Positions 1 through 9,519 of a DNA stretch of 64,000 nucleotides are shown here, piece by piece. Within the stretch, counting starts at the first letter, position 1; each line of letters opens with the position of its first letter. The notes below the pieces were generated by a model. That model did no database searches, was not told the DNA's origin, and saw only the letters and a list, made by a program, of their open reading frames with translations. The DNA lies in assembly GCA_964540025.1 (NCBI GenBank), contig CAZIKQ010000001.1, forward strand, positions 31,260-95,259, written 5' to 3'. The translations under genes were made by a program, and so were the position numbers. The stretch is from an uncultured Schwartzia sp. Its GTDB lineage: Bacteria; Bacillota; Negativicutes; Selenomonadales; Selenomonadaceae.

Positions 1-760
1 TTATCGCCTTTGCCATATCAGTGTCGCTCATGTTGGAATCTGCCGCCGTAAGATTTTCTTCAGAAACAGTGTAGTTCGCTGACGCAAAGGTGAGGTTCTG
101 CTGGGCGGCGCCAATATTGGTGGCCTCATCCAGCGCTTTGCCAAGGGCGTTATCAATCGTGCTCAGGGCCTTACCCAGGCCTTTCGTTGTGTCAACCTTG
201 TCCTTTCCGTCATAATCCTTTCCGTCATAATAAGTGGCCAGGTCAGTCAGGTCAATGGTAGAGTTCCCCTCGCTGTCAGCCAGACCAAGGGACTCCGCCG
301 TCATATTCCCCAGAGTCACGTTGCGATAGCCATCAACTCCGGCCACCGCCACATCCCGGCCGCTGTTCAAAAGATCCATGCCGTTGTACTGGATGGAGGC
401 ATTATCGTTTATGGTCTGAATAGACTGGTTGATGCTCTTGCCGATGGTGTCAATGTCGCTGGGAGAATTAGTTCCGTTAGCGGCCTTGATCACCTGATCC
501 CTGATGCTGGTCAGCGCGCTTATGGTCGAAGACACGCCGCCGGCTGCCACCGACAGCATTGCGTTTGCATTCTGAGTGTTCTGATTAGACTGAGCCAGCG
601 CGCCGATCTGAGCTCTTGTCCGGCGGGAGATGGCGTACTCCGACGTCCCATACTGAGCGGAAGGGAACTTCGAGCCGCTTGCTACCTGTTTTAATACTGT
701 ATTGTAATTCGCTTTCGTCGAATTTATCTGATTGAGAAAGCCTACTCCACCGATTGCCAT
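1..760 (-). CDS. flagellin-family protein (partial; last C-terminal residues lie beyond window start)
   Basis: The minus-strand frame is open from ATG 760-758 (RBS AGGAGG 8 nt upstream) to base 1. It is absent from the ORF track only because no stop lies in the window. The translation starts MAIGGVGFLNQINSTKANYNTVLKQVASGSKF. It contains the flagellin N-domain pattern AQIGALAQSNQNTQNANAMLSVAAGGVSSTISALTSIRDQVIKAANGTNS and the C-domain pattern LDEATNIGAAQQNLTFASANYTVSEENLTAADSNMSDTDMAKAI. Confidence 0.7.
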   Translation of the reverse strand, partial: MAIGGVGFLNQINSTKANYNTVLKQVASGSKFPSAQYGTSEYAISRRTRAQIGALAQSNQNTQNANAMLSVAAGGVSSTISALTSIRDQVIKAANGTNSPSDIDTIGKSINQSIQTINDNASIQYNGMDLLNSGRDVAVAGVDGYRNVTLGNMTAESLGLADSEGNSTIDLTDLATYYDGKDYDGKDKVDTTKGLGKALSTIDNALGKALDEATNIGAAQQNLTFASANYTVSEENLTAADSNMSDTDMAKAI

Positions 761-803
761 TTGCTGCACCTCCTGTTACAAATCCATTGTTTTAATCAGC
801 TTT

Positions 804-832
804 ATTATAGGTTCTGCAGGGAAATATATCAA
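804..832 (-). promoter_or_regulatory. candidate sigma-70-type promoter of the flagellin-family gene
   Basis: The minus strand reads TTGATA (832-827), a 17-nt spacer, then TATAAT (809-804), about 45 nt upstream of ATG 760. The -35 overlaps the ctpA stop codon. Confidence 0.4.
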
Positions 833-2010
833 GATATTTCTTTAGGACTATTACCGGAAATTTTTTCCTTCAGCAGTTCAACTGCCTTGCTGAGCTGCTG
901 CTCACTGCCGCTGTCTACTGTCACGTCGGGGACAATACCTACGCCGTCGATGCTCCTTCCCTTAGGCGTATAGTATTTTGCCACCGTCAGCTTCAGTCCG
1001 TCATCAGACCCCGGCAGCTGACGGATACTTTGGACACTGCCCTTGCCGTAGCTCGTTACGCCCACAATGGTTGCCGCTCCGGTATCCTGCAATGCCCCGG
1101 CCAAAATCTCGCTGGCGCTGGCGCTGTCCCCATCGATCAGCACCACCATGGGAAGCTCCTGGACCTTCAGGCTGGAAGTAAATTCCTCCTTGCTGCCGTC
1201 CCTGTACACTATTGATACGATCGGTCCCCTGGGAACGATTTCCTTGGCAATTTCCACGCAGGTAGTGAGCAGGCCGCCGTGATTGAGCCGCAGATCCAGG
1301 ATAAGCCCTTTCAGGTTTTCATTTTTCAGCCGGCTCATGGCTTCCTTGAATTCTTTGTCGGTAGAAGATCCAAAGGAGGTTATTCTGAGGTAACCGATAC
1401 CGTCTTCCAGCATCTCTCCGTCAGCTGTCTTCACATGGATGCGGTCCCGGGTAATCTTCATCTCCCGGTCCTGATACTTTCCCGCCGCCTTATCTTCATA
1501 ACGGCGGATAGTGAGGGTAACCTGGGTTCCAACCTCGCCGCGAATTTTCAGGGCCACTTCTTCAAAAGTCAGCTCTGCCGCCGGAGTTCCCTCCACAAGA
1601 TATATTTCATCACCGGGAAGAATTCCCGCCGCCTCTCCCGGGGTTCCCTCCATTACCGAGATGACGACGACCGAACTTTCCCGATAGCCCATGACGACTC
1701 CGATACCGCCAAAAGCGGCGTCAGTGTGGTTTTTCAGGTTTTCAAACCGCTTTGCGTCAAGGTAAGCAGAGTGCTTATCACCCAACGCATTGACCATGCC
1801 CGTCAGAGCCCCTTCTACCAGCACCCTGTCCTCTACCGGCTCAACATACTGGGTGGAAATATAATTTTTCAGGGCCGCAAACCGGGCAATGTCCAGCACG
1901 GTCTGCCGGTTTGCCCCGATGAGCGTCATCATTCCCCCGGCCGTGGCCGCCGAGGACACGAGAGCCGTTGCCAGAACGATGCCGATAAGCTTGTATTTGT
2001 CCTTAAACAA
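829..2010 (-). CDS. ctpA: carboxy-terminal processing protease (S41 family, PDZ-containing)
   Basis: 393-aa ORF with an N-terminal anchor (LIGIVLATALVSSAATA) and a PDZ-like segment (GIGVVMG...GTPGEAAGILPGDEI). The S41 catalytic region reads GLILDLRLNHGGLL...DGDSASASEILAGAL. Confidence 0.88.
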   Translation of the reverse strand: MFKDKYKLIGIVLATALVSSAATAGGMMTLIGANRQTVLDIARFAALKNYISTQYVEPVEDRVLVEGALTGMVNALGDKHSAYLDAKRFENLKNHTDAAFGGIGVVMGYRESSVVVISVMEGTPGEAAGILPGDEIYLVEGTPAAELTFEEVALKIRGEVGTQVTLTIRRYEDKAAGKYQDREMKITRDRIHVKTADGEMLEDGIGYLRITSFGSSTDKEFKEAMSRLKNENLKGLILDLRLNHGGLLTTCVEIAKEIVPRGPIVSIVYRDGSKEEFTSSLKVQELPMVVLIDGDSASASEILAGALQDTGAATIVGVTSYGKGSVQSIRQLPGSDDGLKLTVAKYYTPKGRSIDGVGIVPDVTVDSGSEQQLSKAVELLKEKISGNSPKEIS

Positions 2011-2025
2011 TGATCATTCCCTCTT

Positions 2026-3171
2026 TTAAGGCAGGTACTCCTCTGGATCAGTCAGCTCCCCGTCAATGCGGACCTCGAAATGACAGTGGGGGCCGGTGGA
2101 ATTGCCGGTAGAGCCGCAATAGGCGATTACATCGCCCCGGTCAACGCGCTGTCCTACCCCAACATTAAGCGCTTCATTATGACCGTAAAGAGTCGTCAGG
2201 CTTCCGCCGTGGTCGATAATAACGGCATATCCATAGCCGGAGATCCAGCCTGCATGAATGACTTCACCGGGGGCGGCCGCATGGATTTCATCACCGTAAT
2301 CGCCGGCAATATCCATGCCGCTGTGGTAGCGGCTGTCACCCCAGATGGGATGTACCCGCCAGCCATACTGAGAGGTTATCTCCCCGATAAGGGGCCAGCT
2401 CATTCCCCCGGGCCCTACCGCCGAGGGAGATGATCCGCCCCGAAGCATCTGCTTTATGAGAGTTTCCACCTCATGGGATGCCGCAAGAAGCTCTTCGTAC
2501 ATTCGGTCGGCCGCTTCCCGCTCGCCTTCCAACTGCTCCATCATTACCTGCTTGCGGTCACGGCGTTCCAGAATACTGGACTCCCGCCTTTCGGCCACGT
2601 CCGTCAGCATTTTCTGGTGTTTCTGTTCGACTTCAAGCTGTTCCTTTAGCTCCAGTACCGCCGCCCGCTCAGCCATGATTGCCTTTACCAGCTCGTAATC
2701 CTGACGGATTATTTTCTTCCACAAATCCATCCGGGTGGACAGATCATGAAAATCCTTTGCCCCAAACAGGACGTCAATGTAGCTTATCTGCCCGTGCATA
2801 TAAATATCGCGGACGCGCTTTTTCAGGGCAGCAACCCGCTGTCTGAGCTGTTCTGTCTTTATCTCAAGATCTTCCTCCGCCGCTTCAATATTTTCCTCAG
2901 TGACGTCCAGCAGCCCTTTTACCCGCCGGTAATCCTCGCTGGCCTCGGCCACTTCATCATCGATAACCTGAATTTCGGCGGCCACATTTTCCATTTCCAG
3001 TGAAACCTTTTCCGCCCGCTGCTGGGCTTCGTAGGCACGCTGCTGGAGAGCCGCCAGCTCATTTTCCAAATCTTCCTGACTTTCGGCGCTGGCCGGCGTC
3101 AGCCAAAGTCCTGTGACCAGGACCGCTGCCGACAAAAGCGCTCCCAATCTGTTTCGGTTTCTCAAACTCAT
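2026..3171 (-). CDS. M23/LytM peptidoglycan endopeptidase with long N-terminal coiled coil (PcsB/EnvC-like partner of FtsEX)
   Basis: 381 aa with a signal/anchor (LGALLSAAVLVTGLWLTPASA) and about 200 aa of Glu/Ala/Leu-rich coiled coil. The C-terminal M23 motifs are HSGMDIAG and GNSTGPHCHFEV. It lies immediately downstream of ftsEX. Confidence 0.85.
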   Translation of the reverse strand: MSLRNRNRLGALLSAAVLVTGLWLTPASAESQEDLENELAALQQRAYEAQQRAEKVSLEMENVAAEIQVIDDEVAEASEDYRRVKGLLDVTEENIEAAEEDLEIKTEQLRQRVAALKKRVRDIYMHGQISYIDVLFGAKDFHDLSTRMDLWKKIIRQDYELVKAIMAERAAVLELKEQLEVEQKHQKMLTDVAERRESSILERRDRKQVMMEQLEGEREAADRMYEELLAASHEVETLIKQMLRGGSSPSAVGPGGMSWPLIGEITSQYGWRVHPIWGDSRYHSGMDIAGDYGDEIHAAAPGEVIHAGWISGYGYAVIIDHGGSLTTLYGHNEALNVGVGQRVDRGDVIAYCGSTGNSTGPHCHFEVRIDGELTDPEEYLP

Positions 3172-3178
3172 GGGGCAC

Positions 3179-4072
3179 CTACGCTTTCAGGAACCGCTTG
3201 AGGGATAATGTACTGCCGATTGCGCCCATACAGATGCCGGAAATGATAACCACCAGGGCAATGACGTACATAAAAGGGGTTTCCGGTATCAGGGGGAAGA
3301 AGGTCAACGCGTCGGAAATTGACCGGGCCACAAAGCGGTAAGCGATCCTGAGAAAAACCGCCGCTATAAGGCCCCCTATTGCGCCCAGCACGATACCCTC
3401 CATGATAAAGGGCCAGCGGATAAACCAGTCTGTCGCGCCCACATACTTCATTATAGCTACTTCCCGGCGACGGGCAAACACCGTCAGCCGGATGGTGTTA
3501 TAAATGATAAACAAAGTTGCGCCTACCAGAACCGCCATAATGGAGACGCCGATGATCCTTGCCAGCCGCGTAATATCGAAAAGGTGTTGGATGACGTCCT
3601 GCCCGTAACGGGCTTCCTCTACTCCGTCAAACTGACGGATCACCTTGGCCGCCGTCGCCACCAGAGAGGGCACCCTTGCCCGCACCTTGTAGGAATTGGG
3701 CAGCGGATTGTCACTGCCCAGAGCGGTTAGAATATGGCTCTGCTCCCCCAGGCGCTCCCGAAAATTCTCGATAGCCTCCGCTTTGGAAACGTATTCCACG
3801 GATTCCAGTCCCTGCATTTCCCGCAGCTTATCGCCAATATCCTCTATCTTATCCTGACTGATATCGTCCTTCAGGTAAACGCTGATCTCCACTTGGGATT
3901 CCAGCGAATCAGCCATGCGGTTTGTATTCATGACGATGACCAGGAACATCCCGAAGACGAACAAAGCTACTGCCACGGTACCGATAGAAGCAACGGTCAT
4001 CCAGCTGTTCCGCTTCAGCGACAGGAAGGTTTCGCGAAGGAAATACTCCATGGTGTTAAACTTCATAGCCAT
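3179..4072 (-). CDS. ftsX: cell-division permease-like protein FtsX
   Basis: FtsX topology: TM1, a large extracytoplasmic loop, then three C-terminal TMs. The start was chosen at the internal ATG ([25 protein letters not shown]) that overlaps the ftsE stop; the longer ORF-track start at 4114 is unlikely. Confidence 0.88.
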   Translation of the reverse strand: MAMKFNTMEYFLRETFLSLKRNSWMTVASIGTVAVALFVFGMFLVIVMNTNRMADSLESQVEISVYLKDDISQDKIEDIGDKLREMQGLESVEYVSKAEAIENFRERLGEQSHILTALGSDNPLPNSYKVRARVPSLVATAAKVIRQFDGVEEARYGQDVIQHLFDITRLARIIGVSIMAVLVGATLFIIYNTIRLTVFARRREVAIMKYVGATDWFIRWPFIMEGIVLGAIGGLIAAVFLRIAYRFVARSISDALTFFPLIPETPFMYVIALVVIISGICMGAIGSTLSLKRFLKA

Positions 4073-4742
4073 AGCCTCCCTGCGCCTCATCCCGGACGAT
4101 GCGGCCATCCTCAATGGCGATGACCCGCTTTTTCATGGTGTCAACGATATTTTTATCATGAGTAGCCATTACGATAGTGGTTCCGTTGGCATTTATCCGC
4201 CGGAAAATATCCATAATCTCCCAGGAGGTAGAAGGGTCAAGATTTCCGGTGGGCTCGTCGGCAATGACTATAGAGGGCTTATTGACGATAGCCCGGGCAA
4301 TGGCCACCCTCTGCTGCTCACCGCCGGAAAGCTGGGACGGAAAGCTTCTATACTTTGGCCGCAGGCCAACGATGTCCAGCACGGAATTCACGCTGTGCTG
4401 CATAGTCCGCCGCGGGGCTTCGATAACCTGCATGGCAAAAGCCACATTCTCCGCTACCGTCTTTTCCGGCAGCAAACGAAAGTCCTGAAAAATTACGCCC
4501 AGCTTACGGCGGAGGAAGGGAACTTCATTCACTGTCATATTGACCACATCCTTGCCGCTTACGTACAGCTCGCCGGAGGATGGCAGGACTTCCCGCAGGA
4601 GGAGCCGGATAAACGTGGATTTACCGGCACCGCTGGGGCCCACAATAAACACAAATTCTCCCGGCTCAATATCAACATTGATATTCTTCAGGGCAACGGA
4701 GCCGTTCTCGTACTCCTTGCAGACATCCCTCATATGTATCAT
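4056..4742 (-). CDS. ftsE: cell-division ABC ATPase FtsE
   Basis: 228 aa with Walker [10 protein letters not shown], signature LSGGEQQR and Walker [13 protein letters not shown]. It is directly coupled to ftsX. Confidence 0.93.
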   Translation of the reverse strand: MIHMRDVCKEYENGSVALKNINVDIEPGEFVFIVGPSGAGKSTFIRLLLREVLPSSGELYVSGKDVVNMTVNEVPFLRRKLGVIFQDFRLLPEKTVAENVAFAMQVIEAPRRTMQHSVNSVLDIVGLRPKYRSFPSQLSGGEQQRVAIARAIVNKPSIVIADEPTGNLDPSTSWEIMDIFRRINANGTTIVMATHDKNIVDTMKKRVIAIEDGRIVRDEAQGGYGYEV

Positions 4743-4841
4743 GGTATCACCCTACAAATTTTTACGCTCAGTCCTCGGAGATCTTTCCTCCGCACAGGTT
4801 CACATACAATATATTCTACCATCGCTTTCTGAAACTATCAT

Positions 4842-4892
4842 AAAAAAATCAAAAAGGACTGCCGCCGGCACAATTGCGCCGAACAGCGGTCC
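4842..4892 (-). terminator. probable intrinsic terminator after fbp
   Basis: A long imperfect GC hairpin (GGACCGCTGTTCGGCGCAATTGTGCCGGCGGCAGTCC on the minus strand, 4892-4856) is followed by TTTTTGATTTTTTT. Confidence 0.5.
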
Positions 4893-5032
4893 CTTATTGT
4901 AATCAGAGGAAACTCAGAAGATATTCATTCGTTGAAGAACAGGCTCATAAAATTTATGCCGGTCAGGTATTTCAAAAAACCAATTTCTCACTGCAATTTC
5001 AAAAATATTTACATCTGCCCTGCCAGGCCCCG

Positions 5033-6952
5033 TCAGACGAAGCTGGTATAATCATCCGACGCCTTCATAGTGCCGCTCTGATAAGCGTAGAGCAGTCCAT
5101 AAAGGTCGGTGATCTGCTCCTGAATTGCCGCGCCCTCATCAGTGTCTGCCACGGTGGAAATTTCCGCTGACAGCTCGACAGTTTCCGCAACGGATTCAAT
5201 GTCCAGGTTATTCTTCAACGCCTGGCGGACGTCAGCAATATTCTGGTGGGCCAGCAATCTGAGCCCGCGGGAATTTGATATGAGGGTGTAACCGGAAATA
5301 CCGGTTTTGGAATGATAAGCGCGGCAGAAGCCCCCGTCGATGATGATCACCTTACCGCCGGACCGCACGGGAGTCTCCCCCTTCTTTACCTTCACCGGAA
5401 CGTGGCCATTGATAATATGGCCCCGTTCGGGATTCAGCCCGAACTCATTCAGCACCATCTGACAGAAATCCAAATTGTTTATGAGCTTGTAGTAGTTATC
5501 ATTCGGTTCTTCCCAAGTGGATTCATCATCTACAAACATCCGCTCAAAGGTCTTAAATTCACGGCCGGAAGTCGGCGAAAGCCGCCCGCACCAGAGGTAC
5601 CACATAAAGTCAAGGGCCGCCTGGTCCCTGTGCTGCCAGGCCCGGCGGGCCACCGTGTCGCAGTAGTCGAAATATTCCCTGCCCTTGTAAGTCCTTCCGT
5701 CAAATGTAACCTCGGTGGGGGTGCCGTCAGCGTTTACCAGCACGCAGCCATGGAAAAGAAGATTGCTGTTGTAGCAGGTGTACATGGAGCCTTTCCGATA
5801 CAGGAACTCAACGTGACGGCGCAGGGGTTCGCTCTCCAGAAAGGAATTGCGCAGGTCATTCACTATGACCTCCTCCTCCGGAGACAGCCTCAGGGGATGC
5901 TGCGGATCAATGGTGGGGAAGCTTTTCTGGTTCAGCTCATAGCTCTGGCCATCGATTTCCACGGTTTTTTCCCCGAAGTCAATATGATCCAACAGGACTC
6001 TCTTCTCCATGTGAAAATCGGGGTTCCTCTTTATCAGCTGACCCTCCAGCTTGAACATGATGATGGAAATGACCCGCTCCGCCGCCTTGATTGGCGTTTC
6101 CTGGGGGTACTGGCGGGCGGCCAGAAGCGTCAGCGGGCGCAGACCGATGCCGTAGCCCTTTTCCAAAACGTCCGTGTTGGAATAGCGGAGGTTGTTTCTG
6201 ACCACGTTGGCAATGCAGGCGTCTGAGCCGCAGGCGGCCCCCATCCACAGCACGTCGTGATTTCCCCACTGAATATCCAGCGAGGGAAACTTCATTATTT
6301 TCTCGATGATCGCGTCGGGCCGGGAGCCCCGGTCGAAGAAGTCGCCGACAATGTGCATATGATCCACCGCCAGGCGTTTCACCAACCCCGTAAAGGCGTA
6401 GATAAACTCGGGCCCCGCGTCTACCTGACAAATGGTGGACAGAAGCTTCCGGTTATAAATAAACTGAGCCTGGTCTGCTTCCGGCCTGGTGTTCATAAGC
6501 TCGACAATTATCGAGCCGTAGTGGCCGGGAATGAAGGACTTGATCTTTTCCACCGGAAATTTGTAGCTCATGAGCTTCGTCAGCTCAAGGAGCCGGGCAA
6601 TATTGATCCGATACCACTCCGGGGTATTTTTCCGCTCCGCCCGCTTCTGCTCCACCTTTTCTTTGGGATAGTAGATAAGCGTGCAGAACTCCGCCTTCTC
6701 CTCATCGGTAAGGCGGGCGCCAAATACATAATCGACTTTTTCTTTGATTACGCCGGAACAATTATTCAGAATGTGATAGAAGGTGTCGTATTCTCCGTGA
6801 AGGTCGGAAAGGAAATGCTCAACACCCTTTGGCAGACTCAGCTGTGCAGAAAGATGAATAAGCCGCTCGTAAACAGCCTCCCGGGATGGGTACTTTTCCG
6901 CCAGCAGCCTAATGCACTTTTTCTTGTAGGAACCGCTTGCGCCCTCTTGCAT
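5033..6952 (-). CDS. fbp: fructose-1,6-bisphosphatase, class 3
   Basis: 639 aa, the length typical of Firmicutes Fbp/YydE. The conserved N-terminal block is LPKGVEHFLSDLHGEYDTFYHILNNCSGVIKEKV, with metallophosphoesterase-type motifs (GDFFDRG, WGNHD). Confidence 0.9.
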   Translation of the reverse strand: MQEGASGSYKKKCIRLLAEKYPSREAVYERLIHLSAQLSLPKGVEHFLSDLHGEYDTFYHILNNCSGVIKEKVDYVFGARLTDEEKAEFCTLIYYPKEKVEQKRAERKNTPEWYRINIARLLELTKLMSYKFPVEKIKSFIPGHYGSIIVELMNTRPEADQAQFIYNRKLLSTICQVDAGPEFIYAFTGLVKRLAVDHMHIVGDFFDRGSRPDAIIEKIMKFPSLDIQWGNHDVLWMGAACGSDACIANVVRNNLRYSNTDVLEKGYGIGLRPLTLLAARQYPQETPIKAAERVISIIMFKLEGQLIKRNPDFHMEKRVLLDHIDFGEKTVEIDGQSYELNQKSFPTIDPQHPLRLSPEEEVIVNDLRNSFLESEPLRRHVEFLYRKGSMYTCYNSNLLFHGCVLVNADGTPTEVTFDGRTYKGREYFDYCDTVARRAWQHRDQAALDFMWYLWCGRLSPTSGREFKTFERMFVDDESTWEEPNDNYYKLINNLDFCQMVLNEFGLNPERGHIINGHVPVKVKKGETPVRSGGKVIIIDGGFCRAYHSKTGISGYTLISNSRGLRLLAHQNIADVRQALKNNLDIESVAETVELSAEISTVADTDEGAAIQEQITDLYGLLYAYQSGTMKASDDYTSFV

Positions 6953-7122
6953 GGAGGTCCTCGCTTTCTCCGGTACATTAGCCGGCTATTGACCCGTGCC
7001 AAAATTTTTCTTTGGTTTGATTTTACCACAAAAGGTTTTCGGAATGAAGATGGTCCGTTGAAAAATCCTCCGTTTAGTGTTATATTCTACGGGATGAATT
7101 TTAATCGGACAAAGGATCGAAC

Positions 7123-8277
7123 ATGACCGAACAAGACCTTCTGTACCAGGCTGAAAAGGTGCAGGCTTCTGTCCCGGACAGTGAGCCGCTGCTTTCCCGC
7201 TTCCGGCGAAGACAGCAAAAGCAGCGGCAGGAGCTGCTGCTGATAATTGCCGTGGTTACGGTTCTGCTGGGGGGCTTGCTGTGGCACTCCCTCATTCATT
7301 CCCGCACTCCCGACTACGCCATGAAACAAATCCTCGAATCGTTAGAGAGCAGGGACAGCGAAACATTTGACCGCTACGTAAAGCTTGACGCCATTATGCT
7401 GGTAGCCTTTGACGATCTGATTGCTACTCTGTTCAACTACGATGAGGCCCTTACCCCGGAAACTCACAGGAGCTTCCTTGACTTCTATCAGCGGATAAAG
7501 CCGCAGCTGGCGCAGGGTACGGCGGAAACGATCCGCCGGTATGTGGCTTCCGGCGAATGGACGCTTCCTTCCGGTCAGGATCTGCTGAAGGGCCGGCAGC
7601 TGGGTATTGACTACGACAGATTTTTGGAAAGAAGCCAGCTGAGAAACACCGAGTTTGTGGCTCTTGACTCGGTAACGGTAAACGTCGATAAGACGGATGA
7701 AGCCGTGGCAAGGGTCAAGATCCGGGACAGATACACCGGCGTGGATTTCGCGCTCCAGGTTCTTTTGGAGCGGCAGAGCGACGGACACTGGAGCGTCGTC
7801 GCTCTGGAAAATTACCGGGATTATCTCTCTGTCGTAACCAGCCTCCAGATAGCTGCCATAACTGCCTACATTGAGGCGACCCAGCCGGTAGTGGACGAAT
7901 ATAACGACCGGTTCCTCGACCAGCGAACCCGCTTCCGAAACATCGTCCGGCAAGGGCGCCCCCTGAGCGACAGTCAAATCAGACAGGTTAAACAGCTGAT
8001 CCTGGGGGAAACTATTCCCGACCTGAAATCCCGTCAGGAGAAGCTGAATTCCTTTGACATCAGAGCCGGCAGCCAGTATCTGTCCTCTCTGCGCCGTCGG
8101 TCCACCGAGCTGAGCATCGCTGCCTGGCTTCATCTCATTGCGGGGCTTGAAAAGGAAGACTACAGCGAATTGAATCTGGCCGAGACTCTCCACAAGCAAA
8201 TGCTGGAGGTAGACCTGCGCATTGAGGATATCATAAACCATAGTACCGTCAGCCAGGAAATGCCGGTGGTTCCCTGA
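7123..8277 (+). CDS. hypothetical membrane-anchored protein
   Basis: RBS AAGGA lies 6 nt upstream of the ATG. There is a single N-terminal TM (LLLIIAVVTVLLGGLLW) followed by a ~320-aa soluble part. I recognise no family. Confidence 0.6.
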   Translation: MTEQDLLYQAEKVQASVPDSEPLLSRFRRRQQKQRQELLLIIAVVTVLLGGLLWHSLIHSRTPDYAMKQILESLESRDSETFDRYVKLDAIMLVAFDDLIATLFNYDEALTPETHRSFLDFYQRIKPQLAQGTAETIRRYVASGEWTLPSGQDLLKGRQLGIDYDRFLERSQLRNTEFVALDSVTVNVDKTDEAVARVKIRDRYTGVDFALQVLLERQSDGHWSVVALENYRDYLSVVTSLQIAAITAYIEATQPVVDEYNDRFLDQRTRFRNIVRQGRPLSDSQIRQVKQLILGETIPDLKSRQEKLNSFDIRAGSQYLSSLRRRSTELSIAAWLHLIAGLEKEDYSELNLAETLHKQMLEVDLRIEDIINHSTVSQEMPVVP

Positions 8278-8295
8278 TGATATTGCAAAAAACAA

Positions 8296-8347
8296 GGCTG
8301 TGAAGATAATCGCTCGCCAATCATCTTCACAGCCTGTTCTTTTTTTA
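8296..8347. terminator. bidirectional intrinsic terminator between convergent genes
   Basis: 12-bp stem GGCTGTGAAGAT (8296-8307) / ATCTTCACAGCC (8323-8334) with T-runs on both strands. Confidence 0.6.
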
Positions 8348-9496
8348 TTATCCGCGCTGTATCCGCTTGTCCCAGGTGATCTTGTACAACCTGTAAGCCT
8401 CCCGATTGTCAAGCTCCAAATTGTACTGGCTTTCCGTAAAGTACAGGTCATTCACCCCGTCCACGGCGAAGCTGTCAGCCCACTTTACATCGATGCCCAC
8501 ATCAAAAAGACTTCCCTTATTGACTTCGTCCTGAAAGTCAAACTCCCAAAGGCCCTGATCCGGCAGATCGCCCATTATGAGCCAGGTATCGCGGCGCACC
8601 ATGCCGGTGCAGGGGGCGCCGTAAAGAGTCTCCGGTTTGATGGACTTCCGGCGGGCATCGGCAGTGAGGTTCTTATCGAGAAGCACCTTCACCGGAACTG
8701 AGTTTATTACATCTCCCCCCATGGCCGAGAAGAAAAGCAGACTGTTTTTTTCCGACAGCTCCAGGGCGCAGACATCGGTAAGTTTATTGTACACCCCGCT
8801 GGGAAAATAGATCATCTGGATGTTTTTACGCAGCTCCGGCGCCTTTTCAAGGGCCCGATAGCTTTCCCCGGTAGCCAGATCCAGCACGAGGATCGCCGCT
8901 GCTCCGGTGTCGGAAATAAACGCCTTGTTGGTCAGGCGGTCCACCCGGATATCGGACAGGAGACTGCCGGCCGCCAAAGAAGCTCCGGCTATCGGGTAGA
9001 TCCTTTCCACCGTAGGAGCCTCGCCGCTAATGTCGATGGCAAAGATCCGGGGCCCCTTTCCTTCATCGGAATCCGCGTCTGCCCGGCCTTCATCCAAAGC
9101 AAATAATCTTGGCCCCGCCGCCGTCATCACATAGTTCAACCGCCGGAGGGAGGCAAAATTAACCTCTTGCAGCAGCGGATATATTACCCCATCCTTCACC
9201 TCTCCAAGAGAAAAGTCCGCCGGGCTGACTCCCCAGTGAGGGAACGATACAAAAATCCTGCCGTTTCCCGTTACCGCCAGACCGGCCATCTGATATTCCG
9301 ACTCCACCAGACAGGAAAGAACTGCCTGATCCTGCTCCAGCCGATCTGATTTTCTCTGCTTTTCAGAGCTTGCCGCCTGGGCAACGGCCATTTTGCCGCC
9401 GACCTCAAGCTCCGCCGCCGGGGAAATTCCCGCCGCTACGGACAGGGCTGCCAATCCGGCAACGATACCGCGGGCCAGTTTCTTTGAAAACACCAT
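8348..9496 (-). CDS. secreted beta-propeller-like protein (weak resemblance to MRJP/yellow family)
   Basis: The start was moved to ATG 9496 (RBS AGGAGGA at 9509-9503), which gives the signal peptide MVFSKKLARGIVAGLAALSVAAG. The motifs GRIFVSFPHWGV and RLFALDEG recall MRJP/yellow-type propellers. The family call is tentative. Confidence 0.45.
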   Translation of the reverse strand: MVFSKKLARGIVAGLAALSVAAGISPAAELEVGGKMAVAQAASSEKQRKSDRLEQDQAVLSCLVESEYQMAGLAVTGNGRIFVSFPHWGVSPADFSLGEVKDGVIYPLLQEVNFASLRRLNYVMTAAGPRLFALDEGRADADSDEGKGPRIFAIDISGEAPTVERIYPIAGASLAAGSLLSDIRVDRLTNKAFISDTGAAAILVLDLATGESYRALEKAPELRKNIQMIYFPSGVYNKLTDVCALELSEKNSLLFFSAMGGDVINSVPVKVLLDKNLTADARRKSIKPETLYGAPCTGMVRRDTWLIMGDLPDQGLWEFDFQDEVNKGSLFDVGIDVKWADSFAVDGVNDLYFTESQYNLELDNREAYRLYKITWDKRIQRG

Positions 9497-9519
9497 GATC
9501 CTTCCTCCTATGAAAAATT

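Noticed and set aside
4072-4114. Longer FtsX start (ORF-track start at 4114), and likewise longer track starts for several genes: 9604, 10941, 11717, 13532, 24738, 28884, 33975, 37366, 42273, 44531, 48396, 52143, 59881 and 62439.
   Set aside because: The internal ATG/GTG codons have proper Shine-Dalgarno spacing, give canonical family N-termini or signal peptides, and avoid long overlaps with upstream genes.
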